The notes: generated by a model from the sequence alone, not told the origin. 64,000 nt of DNA from Candidatus Pacearchaeota archaeon (GCA_018303825.1 JAGVXK010000020.1:1-64000); one strand, 5' to 3'; shown: positions 37,701 through 47,522, counted from the stretch's first letter. Program-made: numbers and translations.

Positions 37701-38862
37701 TAGTCTAGGAATTCCAGGATATGATCCTGAAAGAAAAGCAGATTACAGCTTATATTTAAGATGCCAGGATAAATCTGGAAATGCAAATGTGAATGAATAT
37801 GTTGTGAACTTTTGCATTAAACCTGGAAATGACTTAACACCACCTGTTGTTACAGGACAAGAGCCAACATATAACTGGTTGAAATATAATTCAACGGATA
37901 TAAAGGCTTCTGTATTCACAAATGAGCCAAGTGATTGCAAATGGGATAAATTAGATACTGGCTATGAGCAAATGCAGAATAATATGACTTGCAAGAATGG
38001 GCTTGATGAGCAAGAGCTTCTTGGATGGAGATGTTCAAGCACATTCCCAATAACAGCAAATGATAATTCATTTTATGTTAAATGCAAAGATCAACCCTGG
38101 CTCATGGACACACCGAGCGGGCAGCAAATAATTGTAGATGATAAGATAAATGCTTCTGAATTAGATAATGTTGATCAGGATATATTAAATGCTATCAATA
38201 ATCCGGCAACAATAAATACAACTGGAAAGCAAAGAAATGCCATGTCTACAAGCTACCTTCTTTCATTCAAGAGAACGCAAAGCCAATTAAACATAGATTA
38301 TTTGAAACCAGATAATCAGACTATTGTTTCGGGAGTTGAACCTGTTTCGGTTAAAGTAGAAGTAAAAACTTCTGGGGGAGTTGATGGAAAATCAGATTGC
38401 CAATATCAGATAAGATCAGAAAGATATCTTCCTTTGACTGGCGATACGTTTGTTCCTCCTAGAGTGAGCGAGCATAGCATTATTTTGCAGCTATTCAATG
38501 GTGAGCACTGGCTTTATGCAAAATGCTGGGATAATGCAGGAAATATCGCGGAGAAAACTACAAGATTTGGTGTTGAAATTGACACAACTATGCCTATTGT
38601 TACAAGAGTTTACAACTCAAATGGATTAAATGTGATTACTGACGAGAATGCTGAATGCACCTATTCCCCCTCAAATTGCGAGTTCAGCTTTGAAAATGCA
38701 ACATTGATGGATGGAAGTGAATTAATTCACACAACGAGATTCAATGCCAATTCAATTTACTATGTTAAATGCAAAGATAAATATGGGAATGCGCCCGGAG
38801 GATGCAGTATAGTTGTAAAGGGAGTTGACTTAAAACCTGAAATTCAAGGAAGTGGAGTATAA
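34762..38862 (+). CDS. Giant Cys-rich surface/membrane protein (1366 aa; likely start 34798)
   Basis: N-terminal TM, many Cys, central Gly/Ala hydrophobic tract, beta-rich C-terminus. Confidence 0.8.
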   Translation: MQFLLESRQRKIMKKKSKKIRGEKIIVLFEILLAVSIAITTSYFIHESAVSLVNSDLNNDVNDESKIAELAIVLGFFGKIIFGEKGIVSALESSDLQNGAYTCLKTKNNSICQEFPASECNSNCQANCVPTGRNLVSQCLIGTCYDKDEGTCSTGSPKQACEDHSGQWFSDQYGNIQECKKGCCIRGENANFVTEQQCAASAAGLGIVKNFKPETNNELSCIQQSKTQEQGACVFESEFENTCKFTTKANCLTLGGGFYSGYLCSTAELQTNCKPQATTSCINEKDEVYWFDSCGNRENIYDANKVKSFNNGKVLSKNESCSLGTSSNAFSNKNICGNCNYLLGSTCGLKESGDSIYGNSICKDLRCKDENGAVRQNGESWCAYQGAIGIDKGVGTTKDKQPLFRSIDVVGSRNFRKVCIDGEVRIDPCADYRNEICVQADTKAGSKTFSSAACRINRWQQCLEYNTQIQTDNNPNGITIEQRNTKCTENSDCFIKSVNLGKGFSFGMCAPKYPEGFDLSDTNSGSGAEAICSFASQKCTEVWVKDVGGSWECVANCQCHTTKFSEQMNDLCISLGDCGTKANVRGEVTYNSKVFRSNNVKKLGKDVTLKGKGWFPADYVSALKKYSDYENSPNKFAAPGNLSAFYGSLGIPEGLGSAQTPTDPAAALGSIGMIAGMTGILLVALSYTGVALGAGAAAFFAGAASVTGAHVGSAAVGAAVAANPGMVAAGGALAGAAIGFAVVSMLIQFTGIGGAIGEEGAYALMAAGAVAGAIIGANIAAGTSALAGMGPLGAFAAAALTFAIVIIIAVVVFIIIEAILGAGDIKKVTYTFQCQPWQAPLGGKDCNKCGKNELPCGKYECQSLGQTCQFINEGTGQEACVDVSPNDVSSPIINPLQSVLTQGFSYNDVSDSGFKIKSNENDGCLKSYQTLIFGIGTNEASYCKFEANHTASFEEMESDLGGSNLFLINHTQIVQIPSLDSLGIPGYDPERKADYSLYLRCQDKSGNANVNEYVVNFCIKPGNDLTPPVVTGQEPTYNWLKYNSTDIKASVFTNEPSDCKWDKLDTGYEQMQNNMTCKNGLDEQELLGWRCSSTFPITANDNSFYVKCKDQPWLMDTPSGQQIIVDDKINASELDNVDQDILNAINNPATINTTGKQRNAMSTSYLLSFKRTQSQLNIDYLKPDNQTIVSGVEPVSVKVEVKTSGGVDGKSDCQYQIRSERYLPLTGDTFVPPRVSEHSIILQLFNGEHWLYAKCWDNAGNIAEKTTRFGVEIDTTMPIVTRVYNSNGLNVITDENAECTYSPSNCEFSFENATLMDGSELIHTTRFNANSIYYVKCKDKYGNAPGGCSIVVKGVDLKPEIQGSGV

Positions 38863-39696
38863 ATGACAAGGAAAATGGAAGAGAGAAATTATTATAAACT
38901 AAAAAAACGAGAAACTGGCATGAATGGGGGGGTAAAAGTGAGCAAAAGGGGTCAGATAGCTATCTTTGTTATAATTGCGATAGTTATCATTGCTGTGATA
39001 CTTGTGATAATGCTTTATCCTAAAATAAAAATTATCACTGGTGGCACTCCAAGTCCTGAAGAATTTTTGAAGTCATGCATTGTAAATGATGTTAAAAGTT
39101 CTGTTGATTTGCTTGCAAAGCAGGGAGGATATGCAAATCCTGAAGGATTTTATGTTTACAACGACCAAAAGATAAAATTCTTGTGCTACACAAATGAATA
39201 TTACAAAACCTGTGTTGTCCAGCAGCCGATGATAGAGACTCATTTTGAGCAGGAAATGGACAGAATCTTAGAGCCAAAAGCAAGAGATTGTTTAACAAAA
39301 TTAAAGCAGGAATATGAAAGCAGGGGATATTCTATAACTGGAAATTTTATTGATGCAAAAACAGGCATAGAACAGGGAAAAATAAAAGTGATTTTCAATT
39401 CACCACTAACAGTAACAAAGGCTTCAACTGAAAGATTTAATGATTTTGAAATAGGTATAGACAGCAAGATGTCTGACCTTTTAGCTATTGCGCAAAGCAT
39501 TGTGGAATTTGAGTCAGTATATGGCGATTCTGAAACTACCGCATATATTCAATACTATCCTGATTTGAGAATAGAAAAAATAAAATTAAGCGAAGGCACA
39601 AAGATTTACAAACTTTCAGATGTAATTACTAAGGAAGAGTTTGTATTTGCTTCAAGAAGCTTATCCTGGCCTCCAGGATATGGGGTTTCACAATGA
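38863..39696 (+). CDS. Pilin-like protein with class III signal peptide
   Basis: SKRGQ then hydrophobic helix; shares LAKQGGY.NPE and CY/CQ motifs with 34029..34784. Confidence 0.75.
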   Translation: MTRKMEERNYYKLKKRETGMNGGVKVSKRGQIAIFVIIAIVIIAVILVIMLYPKIKIITGGTPSPEEFLKSCIVNDVKSSVDLLAKQGGYANPEGFYVYNDQKIKFLCYTNEYYKTCVVQQPMIETHFEQEMDRILEPKARDCLTKLKQEYESRGYSITGNFIDAKTGIEQGKIKVIFNSPLTVTKASTERFNDFEIGIDSKMSDLLAIAQSIVEFESVYGDSETTAYIQYYPDLRIEKIKLSEGTKIYKLSDVITKEEFVFASRSLSWPPGYGVSQ

Positions 39697-41342
39697 TGAA
39701 TATAAACAATAGGAAGAAAAACGATAATATTAACAGCATCAGCAGTTATAGATTAATTATAACTTTATCAGTTGTTAGTCTGTTGTTTATTATACTATTA
39801 AGCTTTGGTGTGAGTGCGGAAGTAAATGCAACTTCATGCTGTGAAAAAACTACATCAGGATTTTACTGCCAGAATGCTCCTCAAAATGAGTGCAATGCTA
39901 ATTTTAGAAATGTTCCGAGCGCCTGTGAATCCACTTCTTATTGTAGATTGGGAACTTGCTATGATTCGAACAAAGGAACATGCACAGGAAATACTCCTGA
40001 AATAGTCTGCAATAAGGAAAGAAATGGGACATGGTTTGAAACTCCCCCGGCTCAATGTAGTTTAGGATGCTGTGTTCTCGGGGATCAGGCGGCTTTTGTT
40101 TCTCTTGTCAGATGCAAGAAGCTTTCAGCGTCATTTGGATTGCAAACAAATTTTGACAAGACAATAACTAATGAAGTTTCCTGCGTATTGAGCGTGCAAA
40201 GCCAGGATAAAGGAGCCTGTGTGTTTGAATCCGAATTTGAAAAAACATGCAAGTTTACAACAAGGGCAGATTGTAGTAATACTGTAAATGAAAATGGAAC
40301 AAGCGGAGAATTCTTTAAGGGAAAGTTATGCACTGCTCCCGAACTAGGAACAATCTGCGGGAAGACAACTGAAACACTTTGCGCCCCAGGAAAAGATGAA
40401 GTCTACTTTAAAGACACATGCGGAAATCCTGCAAATATTTATGATTCTTCAAAGATAAATGACGCTGATTATTGGGCTAATATAAGAACGAAGTTAGAAT
40501 CTTGCAATCCTGATAAGGACAATGGAAATTCTAAGAGCTGCGGAAACTGCAATTATCTTCTTGGAAGTTTCTGCAGAAATAGCAAAGATGCAGGCTCTAG
40601 CGCAACCTATGGAAATAACATATGCGCAAATCTGAATTGCAAAAACACGCAAAACGGAAATTCTTACAGGCATGGAGAATCATGGTGCGTTCAGAATGAT
40701 GCCGGAACAACAAACCAGGGAGATAATTCTGTAGGAAGCAGATTTTACAAGCATATCTGCATAAATGGAGAAGAAGTTCTTGAGCAATGCGCTGATTTCA
40801 GACAGGAAGAATGCATAGAAGATACAATAAAAACAAATGCTGGAGATTTTTCTCAAGCTGCATGCAGGGTTAACCGATGGCAGGATTGTTTAGTGCAAAC
40901 AAGCAAGAGTGATTGCGAGAACACTGATAAGAGGGACTGCTTATGGAAGGAGGGAATTTCACTGAATTCAACAAAAGCAAGCAAAGACGATGGAGTATGT
41001 ATTCCTAAGAACACTCCAGGATTGCAATTCTGGGCAAGCACTACCTCCAGCGCTGTTGGAAGCGCAGGAACAAGTACAAGTGCAATTTCAGGAACAGATG
41101 CGCAGGCGGTTTGCGGACAGGCAAATACCAAATGTGTTGTTACTTATGAAAGTGGATTATTCAGTGGAGAGAAATGCGTTGGGAATTGTGAGTGTCTTAC
41201 TGATACATGGGCAAAAGAAAGAAACCAGGTTTGTGTTGCATTAGGAGACTGCGGTCCAAAGATAAACTGGCTGGGACAGCAGGGATATAAACTTGGATTT
41301 AACATCACGGTAGGAAAAGTAAAAACAGGAGAAAAGAAATGA
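39693..41342 (+). CDS. Cys-rich secreted protein, paralog of the N-half of 34762..38862
   Basis: GACVFESEFE.TCKFTT.A, CGNCNYLLGS and AACR.NRWQ shared. Confidence 0.8.
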   Translation: MMNINNRKKNDNINSISSYRLIITLSVVSLLFIILLSFGVSAEVNATSCCEKTTSGFYCQNAPQNECNANFRNVPSACESTSYCRLGTCYDSNKGTCTGNTPEIVCNKERNGTWFETPPAQCSLGCCVLGDQAAFVSLVRCKKLSASFGLQTNFDKTITNEVSCVLSVQSQDKGACVFESEFEKTCKFTTRADCSNTVNENGTSGEFFKGKLCTAPELGTICGKTTETLCAPGKDEVYFKDTCGNPANIYDSSKINDADYWANIRTKLESCNPDKDNGNSKSCGNCNYLLGSFCRNSKDAGSSATYGNNICANLNCKNTQNGNSYRHGESWCVQNDAGTTNQGDNSVGSRFYKHICINGEEVLEQCADFRQEECIEDTIKTNAGDFSQAACRVNRWQDCLVQTSKSDCENTDKRDCLWKEGISLNSTKASKDDGVCIPKNTPGLQFWASTTSSAVGSAGTSTSAISGTDAQAVCGQANTKCVVTYESGLFSGEKCVGNCECLTDTWAKERNQVCVALGDCGPKINWLGQQGYKLGFNITVGKVKTGEKK

Positions 41343-41968
41343 GAAAACAATTAATTTCACTTATTGCTGCGGGTGCTCTTGCTGCAGGATGTGCTACTGA
41401 ACAGGATTCCCAGAGAGGACTTGGAATGCTGATTGCTGCAGCTATTCCCGGAAATGCTGCTGCGCAAATAATCGGTGGGGGATTGATTAGCGGAGCTAAT
41501 TCACAACAGCAGGGACTTGCAACAGCTCAATATCGAAACCAACAGGCACAACAATATCAACAACAAGTACAGCAGTTTGTATCTGGGAATGTTAAGGAAG
41601 TTACATTCCAATTAAATGCAAAAAGAGGTGATGAATATGGTATAGGAATAAATACAAAATTAGACATTGCAAATGGTGTTGGAAGACAATTTAGGTGCGA
41701 CACTTATTTCTGCTATGAAGATGAAAGTCCGTTAATGGGTGGAAAGGAAGGATTTAGAACAACTGAGGGAGGGGTAGTTCTCCCTGGAACGATTTTTGAA
41801 GTGCCATATCAAATCTCGGAGGTTAATCACTTTATGTTTATGCCAAGTAGCCAGCTGGTAGTTGAAAGGCCAGGAAAACAGATAATAAGATTTGTTGTTG
41901 TCTTAGAAGATATAGCAACCAGAAGAACATTATCTGTCAGCAGACCGAGTTATTTTAGTTATAGATAA
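41339..41968 (+). CDS. Putative lipoprotein with glycine-zipper-like segment
   Basis: LAAGC lipobox; Q-rich linker. Confidence 0.65.
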   Translation: MRKQLISLIAAGALAAGCATEQDSQRGLGMLIAAAIPGNAAAQIIGGGLISGANSQQQGLATAQYRNQQAQQYQQQVQQFVSGNVKEVTFQLNAKRGDEYGIGINTKLDIANGVGRQFRCDTYFCYEDESPLMGGKEGFRTTEGGVVLPGTIFEVPYQISEVNHFMFMPSSQLVVERPGKQIIRFVVVLEDIATRRTLSVSRPSYFSYR

Positions 41969-41981
41969 AATAAAAAATAAG

Positions 41982-44237
41982 ATGAAAAAGCAAAACGAAA
42001 GGAAGGAAATAAGGAAGAAGAAAGCAATTTCAATAGTTGAAATTTTCTTAATGATAAGCGTGAGCTTTGCCGTTGCATTTTCACTTGGACAAAATTTTGT
42101 GAGCGCAGATGTGACATCTTTACTTCCGGTTCCATTGAGCAAAGTTTACAGAGGTGGCCCACTTCCGGCTCCAACAGGTTCAGCATCAGGAGCCGCATTG
42201 GGAGCAGACACTTTTCCACCACAGACAGCTCTTTCACAAGACGGAGTTATTGTGGTTGCCGATAAAACTACTGGGGGTGTGTCTCAATTTACATGGGACA
42301 ATCCAATTAAAAAAATATACAGCGGACAGGCAACGTCTGGAGTTGGTGGTTCTCTTGTTGCAGGTGTAGCATGGGCAGCAACTGCATATATAGCAGTTAA
42401 ATTAATAGGAAGTTTTCTTGGATTAAAAGATGGACAGCAGAAAGCATTGGAAAATGCTGCTCTTGCAGGAGGATTCACGGCAGGATTCTTGAGTAGTGCT
42501 GCCACTAACGTTCCAGGATTGTTCGGAGCTGCAACTCCAGGATTGGCTGGAAGCGGGGGAGCACTTAATTTTATGACTTTCGGGGGAGGAGTTCCGGCAG
42601 GATTAATTATAGCTGCAGCAGTATTCATATTGACATATACAGATGAGAAAAAAGAAGTTGTTACTTATTTGTGTCTGCCTTATGAGCCGCCGATAAAAGG
42701 AGAGAAATGCGAGCAGTGCAACAAAGACCCTTTCAAGCCTTGCTCTGAATATAGATGCAAGGCTCTTGGGCAGGCTTGTGAATTAGTTGACAAGGGAACT
42801 GGACATGATAAATGCGTCTGGGTGAATAAGTTTGATGTTAAAAGTCCTACAATATCTCCATTGAAATCAGCTTTGACAACAGGATTAAAATATGACCCTG
42901 ACAATTCAATAAGGCCCCCAAACAGGGGAGTTAAAATAGTCAATCCATTAAATCAAAATGGCTGTCTGCAGGCATTTACAAAGTTAACATTTGGAATTAC
43001 AACAAATACATCTGATGAAAATTCAGAGCCAGCAAGGTGCAAGATTGATTATACAAGAGGCAATTCAACAGGGAAAGCAGGATTTGACTCGATGCAGTAT
43101 TATTTCGGAGGAAGCAATTACTTTGAATACAATCATGTTCAGGAAATGAAACTGCCGAGCCCTAACGCAACGGGAGTTGACCTTGGACCATTGTTGAAGA
43201 ATGGAGAGACAGCAACTCTTTATGTTAAATGCATGGATGCAAACGGAAATGTGAATGAAGATGATTTTGTGTTCACATTCTGCGTTGACAAGGGACCGGA
43301 CACAACACCCCCAATAATAGAAGCAACTTCAATTAACAATGACGCTTATGTGCAGTACAATGCTGATAGTGTGCCTATAGATGTTTATGTGAATGAGCCC
43401 GCAGAATGCAAGTGGTCCAGAATAGACAAGTCATTTAATGACATGGAAAACAATATGAATTGTGCGACAAAGACTTATGAAGTTAACTCGCAGTTGACAT
43501 ATACTTGCTCCGGGAGTTTGACTGGAATAAAGAATGAACAGGATAACATATTCTACTTCAGATGCAAAGACCAGCCAGGCAAGCCGGAGAATGAAAGATA
43601 TTCAATGGAGCAAAGCTATGTATTAAATTTGAAAGGCTCAAGACAATTAACATTGATAAGTTTAATTCCGAATGAGACAATAAGGGGAAATACTGAAGTA
43701 GTCCCTGTTACATTGGAAGTTCAAACAGGCGCAGGAGCTGAAGAAGGAAAAGCTGTCTGCTACTTCTCTTCAACCGGAGATAAAGATTCGTATGTGGCGA
43801 TGTTTGAAACAGATAACTACATCAGTCGACAAACACTTGACTTGACTGGAAGTCTGGCAGGAATTCCTTACAAATATTATGTGAGATGCGTTGATGCAGG
43901 AGGGAATGCAGCAGAAGGAAGTACAGGATTTACAATATTCGTTGACAAAAACCAGCCAATTGTCACGAGAGCATATAAAGAAGTTCCAGATGCACTGAAA
44001 ATAGTTACAAATGAAGATGCACAATGCGTGTATTCTCTTAATTCGTGCAATTATAATTTTGCTGACGGGAAGCAAATGTTGTACATTGACACAAGTGTAT
44101 TGAATGTGCACGCAGCAGAATGGAAGAATAATGCTTATTATTATATTAAGTGCAAAGACAAATATGAGAATCAACCGAGCCCTAATGCTTGCTCGATAGT
44201 TGTGAGCGCAATTGAACTAACTCAGAGAAATGCTTAG
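41982..44237 (+). CDS. Cys-rich membrane protein, paralog of the C-half of 34762..38862
   Basis: Gly/Ala hydrophobic tract, C.P..PP.GG..C, D.TPP, YY.KCKDKY shared. Confidence 0.8.
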   Translation: MKKQNERKEIRKKKAISIVEIFLMISVSFAVAFSLGQNFVSADVTSLLPVPLSKVYRGGPLPAPTGSASGAALGADTFPPQTALSQDGVIVVADKTTGGVSQFTWDNPIKKIYSGQATSGVGGSLVAGVAWAATAYIAVKLIGSFLGLKDGQQKALENAALAGGFTAGFLSSAATNVPGLFGAATPGLAGSGGALNFMTFGGGVPAGLIIAAAVFILTYTDEKKEVVTYLCLPYEPPIKGEKCEQCNKDPFKPCSEYRCKALGQACELVDKGTGHDKCVWVNKFDVKSPTISPLKSALTTGLKYDPDNSIRPPNRGVKIVNPLNQNGCLQAFTKLTFGITTNTSDENSEPARCKIDYTRGNSTGKAGFDSMQYYFGGSNYFEYNHVQEMKLPSPNATGVDLGPLLKNGETATLYVKCMDANGNVNEDDFVFTFCVDKGPDTTPPIIEATSINNDAYVQYNADSVPIDVYVNEPAECKWSRIDKSFNDMENNMNCATKTYEVNSQLTYTCSGSLTGIKNEQDNIFYFRCKDQPGKPENERYSMEQSYVLNLKGSRQLTLISLIPNETIRGNTEVVPVTLEVQTGAGAEEGKAVCYFSSTGDKDSYVAMFETDNYISRQTLDLTGSLAGIPYKYYVRCVDAGGNAAEGSTGFTIFVDKNQPIVTRAYKEVPDALKIVTNEDAQCVYSLNSCNYNFADGKQMLYIDTSVLNVHAAEWKNNAYYYIKCKDKYENQPSPNACSIVVSAIELTQRNA

Positions 44238-44384
44238 GGTGTTTTGTTAAGCTAACTGATAATGACTAATTTCATCGTTGATATTTTATTATATTAATTC
44301 AAAAGAACTTTCATAGTTTATTAAGGTATTCTGGGTTTTATCACCTTTTAATTTAACAGAACCAAAAAAAAATAAAGATTTGAA

Positions 44385-44597
44385 TTATTTTTGCTGGACT
44401 TCATAGCCGCCAAGGGCATCATAAGGCTGTTTTCCCTCTCCTCCGCCCTTCAGATATTTTTCCCCTCTTTCCTCAATACTATTGAATGGAAATGGGTAAT
44501 AAGGCTTCCGGGCACCAATGCTTCTGCATCCACAATTAGAAGTTAAGACTACAATTCCTGCTGTGAGAAGAACTATCTTTAACAGCTTGCTTACCAT
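44385..44597 (-). CDS. Small putative lipoprotein
   Basis: Signal peptide ending TSNCGC. Confidence 0.45.
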   Translation of the reverse strand: MVSKLLKIVLLTAGIVVLTSNCGCRSIGARKPYYPFPFNSIEERGEKYLKGGGEGKQPYDALGGYEVQQK

Positions 44598-44652
44598 TTT
44601 TTAGGCAAGGATATGCTCTATTTAAGGGTTTTGATATTTAATAAATATTTTC

Positions 44653-45042
44653 TTATTCGAAAAATTGAGAAAATCTCTTTCCCTCTGTTTTTGCCTTCTT
44701 TAAAGAAATGACCCAATTTTTTCCAGAATCTTCTAACTGGCTTGGATTGATAAAAAGCCATCCTTCATAATTAAATCTGACTGCTATAACTGGAATCAGC
44801 CCCATCGTGCTTGAAAATAAAATGAAATCTTCTATTTGTCTTTTTGTAATGTAAATAGAGGTCTTTTTTGATGATTTTGCTTCTATTGTATACGCTTTCT
44901 TTCCCAATTTTGCAGCCATTAAATCACAGGGAGAATCATCGTTTACTCCTGAACCTGCAACTCTAACACATCTCCAGCCATTTTCGGTCAACAAGGAAAG
45001 TAATTCTCTCTCCACTCTTGAACCCTTTGCTTTGTTTGACAT
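44653..45042 (-). CDS. hjc: Holliday junction resolvase Hjc
   Basis: KGSRVEREL, RVAGSG, PCDLMA, IEAKS. Confidence 0.92.
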   Translation of the reverse strand: MSNKAKGSRVERELLSLLTENGWRCVRVAGSGVNDDSPCDLMAAKLGKKAYTIEAKSSKKTSIYITKRQIEDFILFSSTMGLIPVIAVRFNYEGWLFINPSQLEDSGKNWVISLKKAKTEGKRFSQFFE

Positions 45043-45137
45043 ATTCCCTCTTTATATCAAATAGAATAATTACTGAATATTAAAACCTATCTTATGTTAA
45101 ATATTAAAAAAGTTGAAATTGAAATTAATAAATTTAT

Positions 45138-45311
45138 TTATAAATCTCGAGTCTGAAGGGTTCTTCTTCCGTTTGCCTTTGCTCTTCCAGCTGCATCCTT
45201 TAACAATGCAAGAACTTTTTCATTTAATGCCTCTGGAACATCCGAAGCAACATTCAAGTCAGAGGCTGCTTCTTTTATCTTGCTTTTCACAACCAGCATT
45301 ACATTTGCCAT
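45138..45311 (-). CDS. Minimal histone-fold protein, DUF1931/Bd0055-like (57 aa; not in ORF track)
   Basis: MLVVKSKIKE...ALNEKVLALLKDAAGRAKANGRRTLQTRDL; GGAGG SD. Confidence 0.85.
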   Translation of the reverse strand: MANVMLVVKSKIKEAASDLNVASDVPEALNEKVLALLKDAAGRAKANGRRTLQTRDL

Positions 45312-45348
45312 TTTTATTTCCCTCCTTTTAGTTTTTTATTTGTAGACT

Positions 45349-46881
45349 TTACCTTTTTGTCTTCTTTTTTTGTATTTTCCCCATTTTCAATTCTTTTTTA
45401 ATGAGCTTATCAAGAGGCTTCATGAACGGAAATGCGATTACATCTCTTATTGAAGGGGAATCTGTAAGAAGCATTACTAATCTATCAACTCCTAAACCTA
45501 GGCCTGATGTTGGAGGCATCCCTACTTCCAGAGCATTTACAAAATCAGAATCATAGGGGGCGGCTTCTTCATCTCCTCTTTTGATTAACTCTGCTTGTTT
45601 TAACAGAACTTCTTTTAGCCTTCCCGGGTCATTGAGCTCTGTATAATTGTTCCCCATTTCCCAGCCATTAATTATGGGTTCAAACCTTTCGCATATCTCT
45701 TTATCTTTTTCCTTTGCCTTTGCTAAAGGAGATGTATCTGCAGGATAATCATAAATTATTGTTGGCTGGATTAATTTTGGCTGAACTAATTCTGAAAATA
45801 TTTCTTCGACTGCCACTCCTTTGCTAAATTCATGCTTTAATATCAAATTATTCTTTTCCAGAGTTTCCTTTAATTCTTTTTCAGACATCTTGTCAACATC
45901 AAGGCTAGTATGCTTCCTGATGGCTTCATTCATAGTCATTCTTTTCCAAGACCTTTTCAATTCTATCTCCTTTCCTTGATAAGTTATCTTAGTTCTGCCA
46001 AGGACTTTTTTCGCAATAAACTCCACCATTTCTTCAAATAAGTCCATATTAGAATTATAATCTACGTAAGCCCACATAGTTTCCAAGATAGTGAACTCTG
46101 GATTATGAGTGGCATCTATTCCCTCATTTCTAAAAACTCTATTCATAGTATAAATCCTATCAAATCCCCCGACAATTAATCTTTTCAAGTATAATTCATT
46201 TGAAATTGCAAGATAAACATTCATCTTCAAACTATTAAGTTCTGTGATAAATGGTTTTGCAGCTCCGCCTCCGTAAAGTGGCTGCAACATAGGAGTATCT
46301 ATCTCTATAAACCCTTTTGAGTTCAAAAATTCCCTTAATGAGTTAATTACCGCTGTTCTTTTTTGGAAGACAGATTTCACATCAGAATTAATGACTAAAT
46401 CAATGTATCTTTTCCTGTATCTTTCTTCCTTGTCCTGAAGGCCATGCCATTTTTCAGGGAGAGGAAGAATTGATTTTGTTAAAAGCTCAATATTTTTTAC
46501 AGAAACAGACAACTCTCCTCTCTGCGTTCGAAAAATTGTGCCTTCAACTCCGACTATATCCCCTGAATCAATATACTTCTTGCAAAAGTCAACTATCCTA
46601 TTAGGTGTTTCTTTATCTTGCAAGACTACCTGGATTTTTCCAGTGCCATCCTGTAAAACTCCAAAAGCTATTTTTCCCATATCTCTTAAGGCCATTAATC
46701 TGCCTGCAACTTTTACATGGTCTTTTGTCTTTCCTTCCGCCTTTAACTTAGAATATTTTTCTTGGAGATCTTTTGCATAATTTTTAACATCATATCTATT
46801 AGGATAGGGATTAACTCCTAGCTGCCTGAGCTCTTTTATTTTTCTCAACCTCTCCTCTATTATTTGGTCTTCTCTTCCCAT
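45349..46881 (-). CDS. lysS: Lysine--tRNA ligase, class II
   Basis: OB-fold, ERYRKRYIDL, FRNEGIDATHNPEFT, GMPPTSGLGLGVDRL. Confidence 0.95.
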   Translation of the reverse strand: MGREDQIIEERLRKIKELRQLGVNPYPNRYDVKNYAKDLQEKYSKLKAEGKTKDHVKVAGRLMALRDMGKIAFGVLQDGTGKIQVVLQDKETPNRIVDFCKKYIDSGDIVGVEGTIFRTQRGELSVSVKNIELLTKSILPLPEKWHGLQDKEERYRKRYIDLVINSDVKSVFQKRTAVINSLREFLNSKGFIEIDTPMLQPLYGGGAAKPFITELNSLKMNVYLAISNELYLKRLIVGGFDRIYTMNRVFRNEGIDATHNPEFTILETMWAYVDYNSNMDLFEEMVEFIAKKVLGRTKITYQGKEIELKRSWKRMTMNEAIRKHTSLDVDKMSEKELKETLEKNNLILKHEFSKGVAVEEIFSELVQPKLIQPTIIYDYPADTSPLAKAKEKDKEICERFEPIINGWEMGNNYTELNDPGRLKEVLLKQAELIKRGDEEAAPYDSDFVNALEVGMPPTSGLGLGVDRLVMLLTDSPSIRDVIAFPFMKPLDKLIKKELKMGKIQKKKTKR

Positions 46882-46987
46882 TTTTATTATAAAGTTAAAA
46901 GGCCTTTATAAGCCTTATTTAATCAAAATTTGAACATTTAAATATCTTTAGTATATTTTGTAGAATTATTATCTCTTGATAAATATT

Positions 46988-47224
46988 TTATAATAAATGC
47001 ATCAGACCTTGCAATATCTTATTTGGCATCCCACTATTGTATTCCAATCTAACTCCTTCATATACTGGCGGCACCCCACTAACTTTGTCGATACCTTTTA
47101 GTTTTATATAAGGTAAAAGATTACTATTTTTTCCTTTAGGATACCTACTCTTATCCAAGTACATTATCAATTCAGAGAATTTTTCGTGCTCTAACTTGTC
47201 TATTTTTAGTTCTAGGAGTGCCAT
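46988..47224 (-). CDS. Hypothetical protein
   Basis: 78-aa ORF. Confidence 0.45.
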   Translation of the reverse strand: MALLELKIDKLEHEKFSELIMYLDKSRYPKGKNSNLLPYIKLKGIDKVSGVPPVYEGVRLEYNSGMPNKILQGLMHLL

Positions 47225-47246
47225 GATTATATTGATAAATTAATTT

Positions 47247-47522
47247 CTAGAAATTAATTATCCTGAAATCCTTAAAATCCTGCAATTTTTCCTCTTTTTG
47301 CTCAAAAGACCTTACTTGGGCATATTTTGGCCCCGCCTTGCATATATCTACGACAGTGTCAACATTTCCAGATTCGCCTTCCAAAAATATCTCAACTTTC
47401 CCATCGCTTTTTATCCTCAAAAAACCCCTAACATTATAGCCATCAGCCACATCTTTTATTGATTGCTTGTAAAATAAGCTCTGCATATTTCCAGTTAAAA
47501 ACAATCTCATTGCCTTTTTCAT
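47247..47522 (-). CDS. acyP: Acylphosphatase-like protein
   Basis: LTGNMQ, VRGFLRIKSDGKVEI, GPKYAQV; catalytic loop diverged. Confidence 0.75.
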   Translation of the reverse strand: MKKAMRLFLTGNMQSLFYKQSIKDVADGYNVRGFLRIKSDGKVEIFLEGESGNVDTVVDICKAGPKYAQVRSFEQKEEKLQDFKDFRIINF

